NCBI GenBank assembly: GCA_002733465.1
Contig: NVVT01000011.1
Coordinates: 91,048 to 140,976 of the forward strand
Origin: Kangiella sp.
GTDB taxonomy: Bacteria; Pseudomonadota; Gammaproteobacteria; Enterobacterales; Kangiellaceae
Direction: 5' to 3'
Length of the DNA stretch: 49,929 nucleotides
Positions 28,800 to 37,875 of the stretch are shown piece by piece. The notes under the pieces are model-generated. The model saw only the letters and a program-made list of their open reading frames with translations, was not told where the DNA came from and searched no databases. The first letter of the stretch is position 1; the number at the start of each line of letters is the position of its first letter. A program made the position numbers and the translations under genes.

Positions 28800-28856
28800 T
28801 ATTACCTTGTATAATATCACTTAATGTTAATTTATTGCCTTGTATAATATCACTTA
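28800..28856 (+). repeat. Two copies of a 25-nt direct repeat (19 nt perfect), 33 bp apart, each containing TATAAT
   Basis: The repeat is TTATT(A/G)CCTTGTATAATATCACTTA. The perfect cores lie at 28805-28823 and 28838-28856. It sits in an intergenic region with no ORF downstream on the plus strand. Confidence 0.6.
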
Positions 28857-28939
28857 CATTATTAATGACATACATCAACAAAGCCCTTATTTTTCCTATT
28901 GAGTTCTATTGGAGCAAATTTATTAACCGAGGATTTAGA

Positions 28940-29329
28940 TTAACCCTCAGTTAATAACTCTAATGATTTTACTTTAAATACCATTGTATAAGTCAAACCT
29001 TTCTGAGACTTATTTTTTTCAAACTTCCATTTATATATTGCTCTTCTTGCATCTCTTTCAAATACTCGACGAGGCTCAGCATTAGTTAATTCAACATTAT
29101 ATGGTTGACCGAGTTCATCAACGTCAAACTTGAATTTCACCCATCCTTCTATTTTCTCCATAGCCGCTTTTCTTGGGTAACGAGGTTGTTCAACAATGGT
29201 CGGAACTGCATCTTTTAGAATGCCATAATTCTCCGCCATCACCACACCATTAGTTAACCAAATCGCACTCAAAGAAAAAATAATCGCTATCCATTTATGC
29301 CACGCTTTTGTATTAGTATTTTTTAACAT
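28940..29329 (-). CDS. Stand-alone TM-anchored TonB C-terminal-like domain protein, surviving part of a duplicated M56-TonB_C gene
   Basis: MLKNTNTKAWHKWIAIIFSLSAIWLTNGVVMAE... matches the C-terminal 130 aa of the neighbouring 404-aa protein (MLKNTNTKAWHKWVAIIFSVSAIWMTNGVVMAE...). A GGAG/GAG Shine-Dalgarno-like sequence lies upstream of the ATG. Confidence 0.5.
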   Translation of the reverse strand: MLKNTNTKAWHKWIAIIFSLSAIWLTNGVVMAENYGILKDAVPTIVEQPRYPRKAAMEKIEGWVKFKFDVDELGQPYNVELTNAEPRRVFERDARRAIYKWKFEKNKSQKGLTYTMVFKVKSLELLTEG

Positions 29330-29570
29330 TTTTACTCGCTCCTTAATTAACTAATGATACTTCCACTGTCTTATCAGTTTGTTTTGACTTCCACAAGAAG
29401 CCATTTCAACTAAGGCTTTCGTTTACTGTTTTTTAACAAAAGCCTCCATTTAGGATGACACACTACCATTAAAAATTCGATTAACAAAATATCGACCGTA
29501 CTATCAATAGGATTTCCTCGTTCAGTGATGGAAAAATTGGAATATTGTCCTTATTGATTATAATCAAGCT
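29330..29570 (-). pseudogene. Decayed blaI-blaR1 remnant: a blaR1 fragment fused to the 3-prime half of a blaI fragment by an internal deletion
   Basis: By hand alignment, 29330-29432 aligns with 29995-30100 of the intact M56 gene. 29433-29570 aligns with about 30890-31030 of the intact blaI-like gene, for example aaaagcctccatttaggatgacacactaccattaaaaattcgattaacaaaa versus aaaagctgccactaaggatgaaacactgccattgaaaacacgattgacaaaa. No long ORF remains. Confidence 0.65.
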
Positions 29571-29573
29571 ACA

Positions 29574-29608
29574 AGCCAACGTGCTGAATTGATATTGCTT
29601 CGTTGGCT
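29574..29608 (-). terminator. Hairpin just downstream of the intact M56-TonB_C gene
   Basis: AGCCAACG-N19-CGTTGGCT forms an 8-bp stem 11 nt after the stop codon. The loop is long and the U-tract is weak. Confidence 0.3.
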
Positions 29609-29618
29609 CCTTATGAAA

Positions 29619-30833
29619 CTATTCTAACGCATACTCCATTGTATAAATCATATTACTCTGCCCTTTGTTATTTTCAAACTGCCATTGATAGACAGCCGTT
29701 AATGCAACTTGATCAAATATCCCTTTAGGTTCCGACTTAATAACATCTACGTTATAGGTACGCCCAAAATTATCGATATCAAACTTTATTTTAACTTCAC
29801 CTGCGATCCCGTCCATTGCCGCTTGTCTTGGGTATTTAGACATCACAAATTTAGTCGCCACTTTTGTAATATCATCAAATGAATTGTCTGGTGCGGACTT
29901 TTCCGCCATCACCACCCCATTAGTCATCCAAATAGCACTTACAGAAAAAATAATCGCTACCCATTTGTGCCATGCTTTTGTATTAGTGTTTTTTAACATT
30001 TTTACTCGCTCCTTTATTAACGAATGATATTTCCACTGGCTAACCAGTTTATTTTGACTTCCGAATGAAGCCGACTCTATTAAGGCTTTTGCATACTGTG
30101 TTCTTTCTTCCTTAGGTGAGCCTTGTAAAACACCTAAATCGCAAGAAATTTCTTGATCCGCTTCGCAATATTTATCAGCAATAAAAATTAGCGGATTGAA
30201 CCAAAATAGACTCTTGATCAACAGCCTAACGATATTAATCCGGTGATCATGACGAGCAATATGAAATAACTCATGTCTAAGAATCATGGTTTGGTTCGCT
30301 TTTGAAAATTCCGAAAACTCTTTCGGTAAAATCATATTGGAACGAAACAAACCATATATCGCGGGTACGTCAACCACGGTACTATTAACAACATTTATTT
30401 CAGATAGTTTAGTGAAATTCATGTCCAACCTTTCATTTGAAAACTCATGGCAAGACAAAGAAAGATTAAGTTTTCTAAATTTTAAAACATGTAATGAAAT
30501 GCTAGCTAAAAATCCGAACAGCCAAATCGTTAAAATCCCACTTCGAATCAAATCACTTTCAAAAAATTGTTCACTAATTTGGTGAGGATTTAGAGGATTA
30601 GCTCCGAGAATAATGGTTATCACCGAGGAAGAACTTTCACCACTCATTATGTTGATTGGCAAAAGTAAAAATACGGGTACAATCAACCACATACCGTAGG
30701 AAACACTGGCGTTAAGATACCTTAAAACGAAAGGTCGAATCACCATTAAGATAATCACTAAAAGACTAACGCCTATGACTTTATTGAGTAGAATTTCAAA
30801 AACAGATTCGATTAAACTATCAATCATTTTCAA
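29619..30833 (-). CDS. BlaR1/MecR1-type M56 family membrane metalloprotease fused to a TonB C-terminal-like domain (no penicillin-binding sensor domain)
   Basis: It has N-terminal TM helices and the HEXXH motif (HELFHIARHD). A further TM helix is followed by a C-terminal TonB_C-like domain (YPRQAAMDGIAGEVKIKFDIDNFGRTYNVDV). It overlaps the upstream blaI-like gene by 14 nt. Confidence 0.85.
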   Translation of the reverse strand: MKMIDSLIESVFEILLNKVIGVSLLVIILMVIRPFVLRYLNASVSYGMWLIVPVFLLLPINIMSGESSSSVITIILGANPLNPHQISEQFFESDLIRSGILTIWLFGFLASISLHVLKFRKLNLSLSCHEFSNERLDMNFTKLSEINVVNSTVVDVPAIYGLFRSNMILPKEFSEFSKANQTMILRHELFHIARHDHRINIVRLLIKSLFWFNPLIFIADKYCEADQEISCDLGVLQGSPKEERTQYAKALIESASFGSQNKLVSQWKYHSLIKERVKMLKNTNTKAWHKWVAIIFSVSAIWMTNGVVMAEKSAPDNSFDDITKVATKFVMSKYPRQAAMDGIAGEVKIKFDIDNFGRTYNVDVIKSEPKGIFDQVALTAVYQWQFENNKGQSNMIYTMEYALE

Positions 30834-31185
30834 TCTCCTTGATTAATTGTTTCAACTCTGACAGCTCATGTTCCGATAACTTTTCCTTTTTTGCAAAAGC
30901 TGCCACTAAGGATGAAACACTGCCATTGAAAACACGATTGACAAAACTGTCAGTGGCATTTTCAATATAGTCTTCACGTTCAAGTAATGGAAAATAGAGA
31001 TATTCCCGACCCTGTTTATTAAAACTAATCGCTTCCTTTTTTAGCAATCGATTAATAAGACTCTTAGCCGTTTTGTCCGCCCAGTTAAGAGCAGGATCTA
31101 AGTTTTCAATAATTTGTTTGGCGGTTTTTGGAGATGAATTCCAGAGACTATCCATTATTAATTTTTCTGAATCACTTATTTGCAT
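30820..31185 (-). CDS. BlaI/MecI/CopY-family winged-helix transcriptional repressor
   Basis: MQISDSEKLIMDSLWNSSPKTAKQIIENL...REYLYFPLL. It is 121 aa and is followed directly by an M56 protease gene. Confidence 0.85.
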   Translation of the reverse strand: MQISDSEKLIMDSLWNSSPKTAKQIIENLDPALNWADKTAKSLINRLLKKEAISFNKQGREYLYFPLLEREDYIENATDSFVNRVFNGSVSSLVAAFAKKEKLSEHELSELKQLIKEIEND

Positions 31186-31204
31186 TTATGACCTCTTATC
31201 TAAT

Positions 31205-31249
31205 ATTACACTCGTAATCATTTGAACTCATGATTACATGCGTAATCAT
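31205..31249. promoter_or_regulatory. Two BlaI-type operator dyads upstream of the blaI-like gene
   Basis: The dyads are ATTACA-CT-CGTAAT (31205-31218) and ATGATTAC-ATGC-GTAATCAT (31230-31249). Both have an ATTAC-N4-GTAAT core resembling the TACA/TGTA operators of the BlaI/MecI/CopY family. They lie 20-64 nt upstream of the start codon. Confidence 0.55.
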
Positions 31250-31322
31250 AAATTGCTAGTTTTATCGGAAGAAAAGCCATAATCAGCTTGTAACCCTGTA
31301 TATATTAAATTATAGTTGCTAT

Positions 31323-32495
31323 ATGCATGGTTATTTGAGTAGAAATGTAGAAAACATCATTATTGATCGGCTTAGGAACAATCCGGCAGTTGCATTATTG
31401 GGTGCCAGACAGGTCGGGAAATCAACGTTAGCTAAGCAGATTATCCAACACTTCCCGCAATCGATATACCTTGATTTAGAAAAACAATCTGATTTAGCAC
31501 AGCTAAGAGAGCCTGAATTATTTTTTAAACAGTTTAAGGGAAAATTAATTTGTTTAGATGAAATCCAAAGATTACCGGAGATATTTTCAACACTAAGGAG
31601 TGTGATTGATGAAACCGGTGAAAATACTCAGTTTCTAATATTAGGCTCAGCATCAAGAGATCTAATTAAACAGTCAAGCGAGTCTCTTGCCGGTCGGCTT
31701 TCCTATATTGAAGTTACGCCTTTCGAGTTTGACGAAATCAATCAAATAGAAAATAACGAGCATGCCATCAGCAAGCATTGGTCTATTGGTGGCTATCCAA
31801 GAAGTTACTTATCTTCGTCCGATGAAAATAGCTTCCAATGGCGTGAAGATTATATTCGTTCATATTTGGAAAGAGATATCCCCCAATTAGGATTTAATAT
31901 ACCCGCAAATACGCTCGGCCGATTTTGGCGAATGTTAGCCCATAATCATGGACAAACACTCAATACAGCAAAATTAGCCGAGTCAATGGGTGTATCAACT
32001 CATAAAATTAGAAAATATGTTGATCTTTTAGAGCAAACCTTTGTTACCCGAAATTTGCTAGCCTATTCAGGCAATTTAAAAAAACGACTCATTAAATCGC
32101 CTAAAGTTTACATTCGAGACTCAGGATTATTACATTGTCTTTTAGGTATCGAAAATATTCAAGGATTGCTAGCCCATCCAGTTTATGGCGCATCTTTTGA
32201 AGGTTATGTAATCGAAAATATTCTAACTCAACTGGGTAGATGGAAAGCTTCTTTTTTTAGATCCTCTAGTGGTGCGGAAATTGATTTAGTTTTAGAAAAG
32301 GGGATGGACAAAATAGCCATTGAAATCAAAGCCAGCAGTTCACCAAAACCGACTCGTGGATTTTGGAATGCCATTGAGGATATTAGACCTCAAGTTAGTT
32401 ATATTGTTGCACCAGTAAAATATCAATACCCAATAAAACCCGATGTTTTTGTCATTCCTATGAATGAACTCATTAAACAACTAAAGCTTAAATAA
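31323..32495 (+). CDS. AAA-type ATPase with a DUF4143-like C-terminal domain (AAA_14 family)
   Basis: It has Walker A (GARQVGKST) and Walker B (LICLDEIQ). The C-terminal half is typical of the widespread predicted ATPase family. Confidence 0.75.
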   Translation: MHGYLSRNVENIIIDRLRNNPAVALLGARQVGKSTLAKQIIQHFPQSIYLDLEKQSDLAQLREPELFFKQFKGKLICLDEIQRLPEIFSTLRSVIDETGENTQFLILGSASRDLIKQSSESLAGRLSYIEVTPFEFDEINQIENNEHAISKHWSIGGYPRSYLSSSDENSFQWREDYIRSYLERDIPQLGFNIPANTLGRFWRMLAHNHGQTLNTAKLAESMGVSTHKIRKYVDLLEQTFVTRNLLAYSGNLKKRLIKSPKVYIRDSGLLHCLLGIENIQGLLAHPVYGASFEGYVIENILTQLGRWKASFFRSSSGAEIDLVLEKGMDKIAIEIKASSSPKPTRGFWNAIEDIRPQVSYIVAPVKYQYPIKPDVFVIPMNELIKQLKLK

Positions 32496-32574
32496 ACCAA
32501 TTCCTAAATAATAATTAATCTAATACAATAGTGATTCAATATGCCTAACTTTATCAACATCAATCGACTATTAC

Positions 32575-35500
32575 ATGCTTAGATTCTCAAAAAATGAATT
32601 AAAAAATGAGTTTGATGCTGGCGCATATTCTCGTGGCAACAGTTACTTTAATCAAGGTCGAGTGGGAAAAGTAAAATGCAATGTTGAATCAAAAAACTCA
32701 ATGACCTTATCCGGCGAAGTTGCTGGTAGTTATAAATATAATCAAAATATTCTTGTGGAAAGAGAATCGTGGGGAATTGATATAGAGGGCGATTGTTCTT
32801 GCCCTGTTAGCTATAACTGCAAACATGTTGTCGCGGTATTATTAGAGTATCTTGACAATTTACCGAAAGAAAATTTCAATAGACAAGCCTCCACTCAATT
32901 TAAGGCGAATGATGTTGCAAAAAGAGTTGCAAAAACTTATGACTCAGAAATTCGAATAGATGATTGGTTCTCTCAAGTTTCTGCTGAAAATCAAAAAGAA
33001 GTTGGTCACGCACTAGTTAACCAAAGAAAATGGATTGCCTATGTTCTACTGCCAACCAGTACTCAAGGTGAAATAGAAGTTGAACTTCAAATGAGCGGTT
33101 TCAAAGTGAAAGGTGGCTACTTAAAACCTAAACTCTTAAGCTTAAATGGTCAAATGCAAGATATACGCTATGGTTATCAATCTGATACTAGAAATCCTAT
33201 CGACAACGATATTATTCGCCTACTAGATTCATCGCAAACCAGCAATAATCGATTTGGTTATCAATATCATAGTTATAACCCAACCTTGCAAGGTGAATTA
33301 GGTTGGCAGGCTTTAGTAAAAATGCTAAATACTAGACGTTGTTTTTGGCGCTCAATGGATAATGGTTATTTATCTTTAAGTAGTAAAGTACCTATTGATT
33401 TACATTGGATGCAGAGCAGTAGCAAAGACGGGAAAATTCATCAACTAAAAATCCCCAGTAATGATGATACTTCATTGATTTTTACCCAACCGGTTTGTCA
33501 AATTGATCGCTCAAAAAACGAAATACATCCCATTCAAAGTAGGCTAACCGCTAATCAACTTAAACAGGTATTTGATGCCCCTATTGTCGCGGATAAAGAT
33601 CTAGAAGATTTTAATTTTAACCTCGTAAAAAGTGGTTTAGACAATCGAATTCCCTTGCCTCTAAAAACAGAGATTAAAAACATCGAGTCAACCGATATTA
33701 TTCCTAAAGCCATTATCTCTAGAATAATTGACCCATTAGATATTCACCCAGCAATTAACTGTTTGAAATTAAGTTTCTTATATTCGGGCAACGAAATACA
33801 ACTGTTAGATGACGAAGAGCTTGTGATTAAAAATGAAGATCATATTTTAAGGATTAACCGGGACTTGGAGAAAGAAAGTGTTTTTTTAGAGGATTTAATA
33901 GAAAATAATTTTGAATTTTGCCCTCCTGGTATCTATGAGTCAGTTCCACCTACGCAAATGTTAGCCAAAATGAAAAAAGGCATTGCGCCAACAGAAACCA
34001 TTGCACGCTGGAAACAGTTTTTAGAAACTGATCGATTTGATTTAGAAAAGAAAGGCTGGCAAATTGAAGTGTCGCCTAGTTTCCACCTTGACTTTATTCA
34101 CCCTCTTGATGAATGGGAGATCGATATTGAGCAGGAGAATGATTGGTTTAGCTTAAAGTTTGATATAAGACTGAATGAATCCGATGAAAGCAAATTACCT
34201 TTATTGCCGATCATTAGTGAACTACTCACACAATACGATCTTGAGTCTATCCCTGAAGAAGTCTTGTTTGAGCACAAGCCTGGGCAGTATATCGTTTTAC
34301 CTAAACAAAAAATAATGCCCATATTGGAGTTAATGTACGAATTATTTGATAGCGTTCCAATGGGAAATGAAGTGCTCAAGTTATCTCGATTTGATGCATT
34401 AGTGGTTGACAAATTGGCCAACGACGAAGCACTCAATATCCAGTGGTCTGGTGATTTGAGAATAAAGGAATTAGCAAAAAAGCTAGCCGACTTTAAAGGG
34501 ATCAAACAAGCAATCCCAGCTAAGGCATTCAAAGGAGAGCTTAGAGATTACCAGTTAAATGGATTAAGTTGGTTACAGTTTTTGCGTGAGTTTAAATTTA
34601 ACGGAATATTAGCGGATGATATGGGTTTGGGCAAAACCGTACAAACGCTTGCTCATATTCAAAAAGAAAAAATAAGCAGACGAATGAAAACTCCCTGCCT
34701 AATTGTAGCACCCACCAGTTTAATGAGTAATTGGAAAAGAGAAGCGGCAAATTTTACCCCTCATTTAAAAGTGCTTATTTCTCAGGGCAATGATAGACAT
34801 AAAAATTGGGACGAGTTTGAAAAATACGATATTATTTTATCCACTTATCCGTTAATCATGCGCGACTTTGACATTTTGTCAAAAATCGAATTTTATATCA
34901 TCGTGTTAGATGAAGCGCAAAATATCAAAAACGCTAAATCGAAAACAAGTAGAGGCATCAAAGCACTTAAGTCACAACACAAATTAGCTTTAACAGGAAC
35001 CCCTATGGAGAATCACTTGGGGGAGCTTTGGTCAGTTTACGATTTTTTAATGCCTGGTTTTTTAGGGAATTATTCCTCATTTAATTCTAAGTATCGCAAC
35101 CCAATAGAAAAGGATAACAATCCACTGGTTTCAAAAATACTAAGTAAACGAGTTAAGCCTTTTTTACTCAGAAGAACCAAGCAGGTGGTTGCAGATGAAT
35201 TACCGCCTAAAACTGAAATTATAAAAACGGTTTCATTTGAACCTGCTCAATCTTTATTATATGAAACCATTCGCTTATCAATGGAAAAGAAAATACAACA
35301 GGCTATTGCCACTAAAGGATTAAACCGAAGCCATATTACCATTTTAGATGCCTTACTGAAATTAAGGCAGGTTTGTTGTGATCCACAATTAGTTAAACTA
35401 GAAAAGGCCAGAACAGTAAAACAATCAGCAAAAATGGATCTGTTAATGACCTTACTACCAGAAATGGTAGAAGAAGGGCGCAAAATTTTAATCTTTTCAC

Positions 35501-35946
35501 AATTCACTAGCATGTTATCCATTATCGAAAAAGCAATCATAAAAGAAAAAATAAGTTATACCAAACTAACCGGCTCCACAAGAAAAAGAGACGAAGTGAT
35601 TGAAGAATTTACCAGTGGAAAAGCGGATATCTTTTTGATCAGTTTAAAAGCAGGTGGAGTAGGATTAAATTTAACAGAGGCTGATACGGTCATTCATTAT
35701 GATCCTTGGTGGAATCCAGCCGTTGAAAATCAAGCCAGTGATCGTGCCCATCGGATCGGACAAGATAAACCGGTTTTTGTTTACAAATTAATTGTTGAAA
35801 ACACCTTAGAAGAAAAAATATTAGAGATGCAAGCTAAAAAACAAGCGCTTGCCGATGGCATATATGGCGACAAAATTTCCAGCGACTCAAGTAAACTCAA
35901 TGCTGAAGATTTACAGGAATTACTGGGTATAACCAAGAAAAATTAA
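32575..35946 (+). CDS. SWIM zinc-finger / SNF2-family helicase-like ATPase
   Basis: The SWIM motif CSCPVSYNCKHVVAV is present. The SNF2 motifs are LADDMGLGKT (I), VLDEAQNIKN (II), LTGTPMEN (III) and GGVGLNLTEADTVIHYDPWWNPAVENQASDRAHRIGQ (V-VI). Length is 1123 aa. Confidence 0.9.
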   Translation: MLRFSKNELKNEFDAGAYSRGNSYFNQGRVGKVKCNVESKNSMTLSGEVAGSYKYNQNILVERESWGIDIEGDCSCPVSYNCKHVVAVLLEYLDNLPKENFNRQASTQFKANDVAKRVAKTYDSEIRIDDWFSQVSAENQKEVGHALVNQRKWIAYVLLPTSTQGEIEVELQMSGFKVKGGYLKPKLLSLNGQMQDIRYGYQSDTRNPIDNDIIRLLDSSQTSNNRFGYQYHSYNPTLQGELGWQALVKMLNTRRCFWRSMDNGYLSLSSKVPIDLHWMQSSSKDGKIHQLKIPSNDDTSLIFTQPVCQIDRSKNEIHPIQSRLTANQLKQVFDAPIVADKDLEDFNFNLVKSGLDNRIPLPLKTEIKNIESTDIIPKAIISRIIDPLDIHPAINCLKLSFLYSGNEIQLLDDEELVIKNEDHILRINRDLEKESVFLEDLIENNFEFCPPGIYESVPPTQMLAKMKKGIAPTETIARWKQFLETDRFDLEKKGWQIEVSPSFHLDFIHPLDEWEIDIEQENDWFSLKFDIRLNESDESKLPLLPIISELLTQYDLESIPEEVLFEHKPGQYIVLPKQKIMPILELMYELFDSVPMGNEVLKLSRFDALVVDKLANDEALNIQWSGDLRIKELAKKLADFKGIKQAIPAKAFKGELRDYQLNGLSWLQFLREFKFNGILADDMGLGKTVQTLAHIQKEKISRRMKTPCLIVAPTSLMSNWKREAANFTPHLKVLISQGNDRHKNWDEFEKYDIILSTYPLIMRDFDILSKIEFYIIVLDEAQNIKNAKSKTSRGIKALKSQHKLALTGTPMENHLGELWSVYDFLMPGFLGNYSSFNSKYRNPIEKDNNPLVSKILSKRVKPFLLRRTKQVVADELPPKTEIIKTVSFEPAQSLLYETIRLSMEKKIQQAIATKGLNRSHITILDALLKLRQVCCDPQLVKLEKARTVKQSAKMDLLMTLLPEMVEEGRKILIFSQFTSMLSIIEKAIIKEKISYTKLTGSTRKRDEVIEEFTSGKADIFLISLKAGGVGLNLTEADTVIHYDPWWNPAVENQASDRAHRIGQDKPVFVYKLIVENTLEEKILEMQAKKQALADGIYGDKISSDSSKLNAEDLQELLGITKKN

Positions 35947-35961
35947 AAAAAGGAAACCAAA

Positions 35962-37215
35962 ATGGCCTATATAAAAATGCTTAAATGCTCAGATTGTGGC
36001 GCGGAATATGACAAGAGTAAACTAATGAATCTATGCCCTGTCGATAATCGACCTCTTGAACTAATCATCGATGTAGAGCGCATAAAAAAAGAAAAACCAA
36101 ATTTTGAATGGTATAGACCAGATATAAAATCCATGTGGCGATTTGGCTCATTGCTCGGTTTGGATATCAATGACGAAAGAGATCAACCTTCCATCATTTC
36201 GTTAGGAGAAGGTTATACCCCAGAAGTGCCACTAACCAATCACCCTATTGCAAAAAAACATGGATTTTCGCTTTTTCTTAAAGATGAAGGCCAACCTCAC
36301 AAAGGCTGGGGAGCAAACCCCACTGGCAGTTTTAAAGATCGCGGTATGAGTATAGCGATTTCTATGGCTAAACATTTCGGTTTGAAAAAAATCGTGGTTC
36401 CCACACAGGGTAATGCAGGTGACTCTATGGCTGAGTATGCTATAAAGGCAGGAATGCAATCTGTGATCATCATGCCTGACGATACACCTATGCCGATTTT
36501 AGGACGAGTTTCTGCATTAGCAAAAATGAGAGATGATGTTGAATTAGAACTAGTCAAAGGAACCATTCGTGAAGCAGCAGCTTTGATGAAAGAAAAATAT
36601 GTTCCTCAAGGTTATTTTAATATGGCGACTTTTCAAGAACCTGGATGGCGAATTGATGGTAAAAAGACTTTAGGTTTTGAGCTTGCTGAACCAGAAGACG
36701 GTTTAACTCAAGAGTGGAAACTTCCTGATGTTATTTTGTACCCGACAGGAGGCGGAACAGGAATTTTAGGTATGTGGAAAGCCTTTGATGAATTACAAGC
36801 GTTAGGGATAATTGATGAAAAACGTCCTCGAATTATTTCGGTACAATCAGAAAATACTGCTCCAGTAGTTAATGCTTTTAAAAATGGACATTCAGATACA
36901 ACGCCGGCGGATCCCGGAGAAACCATTGCGACCGGATTAAATGTGCCCGGTGGTGTTGGGCATTTTAAAGTTTTAGATATTATTAAACAAAGTGGCGGAA
37001 TGGCGATAGCCGTTGATGAAAAGTCAATTGGCGAAAACTTAACTTCAATTTACCAAGATTATAGAATTTGGATTTGCCCCGAAGGTGCAGCAACAATAGC
37101 GGCTTTAGAACCAGCAATTGAAAATGGGTTGATTAAATCAGGCGATAAGGTTGTTGCGTTTAATACTGGGTCTTTTGAAAAGTATTTGCCGAATGTTCGG
37201 CATTTAATTTTTTAA
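35962..37215 (+). CDS. Threonine-synthase-like PLP enzyme (fold type II) with an N-terminal zinc ribbon
   Basis: The zinc ribbon is CSDCGAEYD...CPVDNRP. The PLP-lysine motif is NPTGSFKDRG and a glycine loop GGGTGILG is present. It starts 16 nt after the SNF2 gene stop. Confidence 0.75.
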   Translation: MAYIKMLKCSDCGAEYDKSKLMNLCPVDNRPLELIIDVERIKKEKPNFEWYRPDIKSMWRFGSLLGLDINDERDQPSIISLGEGYTPEVPLTNHPIAKKHGFSLFLKDEGQPHKGWGANPTGSFKDRGMSIAISMAKHFGLKKIVVPTQGNAGDSMAEYAIKAGMQSVIIMPDDTPMPILGRVSALAKMRDDVELELVKGTIREAAALMKEKYVPQGYFNMATFQEPGWRIDGKKTLGFELAEPEDGLTQEWKLPDVILYPTGGGTGILGMWKAFDELQALGIIDEKRPRIISVQSENTAPVVNAFKNGHSDTTPADPGETIATGLNVPGGVGHFKVLDIIKQSGGMAIAVDEKSIGENLTSIYQDYRIWICPEGAATIAALEPAIENGLIKSGDKVVAFNTGSFEKYLPNVRHLIF

Positions 37216-37859
37216 TGTGTTTTGTCAATACTAACGTTACGATGAAAATCGAATCTCAAATAAAGTTTAAAAATTTACTTGATAGCGTAAATGCGTGTAC
37301 TTTGTGTGAAAATGATTTGCCGTTAGGCGTAAATCCGGTGGTGCAACTCGATCCTCAAGCAAAAATATTAATCGCAGGGCAAGCCCCTGGAAGAATTGTA
37401 CATGAAACCAACATACCCCTTAATGACAAAAGCGGTGATCGATTAAGATTATGGATGGGCATTGATAAAGAATTATTTTACGATGCTACGAAAATAGCTA
37501 TTTTGCCGATGGGATTTTGTTTCCCTGGAACCGGCAAGTCAGGTGACTTACCTCCAAGAAAAGAATGTGCTGAAAAATGGCGTCATTCAATACTTGAACA
37601 ACTCCCCAATATTGAATTAACGCTTGTTATAGGCTTGTATGCAATGAAATGGCATTTAGGCAAGAGTATGCAAAGTAATTTAACCAACACTGTAAAAAAT
37701 CATCTTAATTACTCTAAAAAGGTTATTCCATTGCCACATCCTAGTCCTAGAAATTACGGATGGCTTAAGAAAAATCCTTGGTTTGAAAAAAACAACATTC
37801 CTCTTCTAAAAAAAATGTTTCTAATTTATTTTAATTTTTTATTTGACAAAATATTTTAG
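37215..37859 (+). CDS. Uracil-DNA glycosylase superfamily protein (non-Ung family)
   Basis: It has motif A (GQAPG) and motif B (HPSPRN), plus ACTLCE and PMGFCFPG. The start overlaps the upstream stop (TAATG). An alternative ATG lies at 37245. Confidence 0.75.
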   Translation: MCFVNTNVTMKIESQIKFKNLLDSVNACTLCENDLPLGVNPVVQLDPQAKILIAGQAPGRIVHETNIPLNDKSGDRLRLWMGIDKELFYDATKIAILPMGFCFPGTGKSGDLPPRKECAEKWRHSILEQLPNIELTLVIGLYAMKWHLGKSMQSNLTNTVKNHLNYSKKVIPLPHPSPRNYGWLKKNPWFEKNNIPLLKKMFLIYFNFLFDKIF

Positions 37860-37870
37860 CGGTGTATTAT
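37843..37870 (+). promoter_or_regulatory. Sigma70-type promoter candidate at the end of the UDG gene
   Basis: TTGACA (37843-37848), a 16-nt spacer, then TATTAT (37865-37870). Confidence 0.45.
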
Positions 37871-37875
37871 TGCGC

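Noticed and set aside
28805-28856. The direct repeat pair considered as a CRISPR array
   Set aside because: There are only two copies. The repeat unit is 19-25 nt with a spacer of only 8-14 nt between copies (33 bp start to start). There are no cas genes. It is not a CRISPR array.
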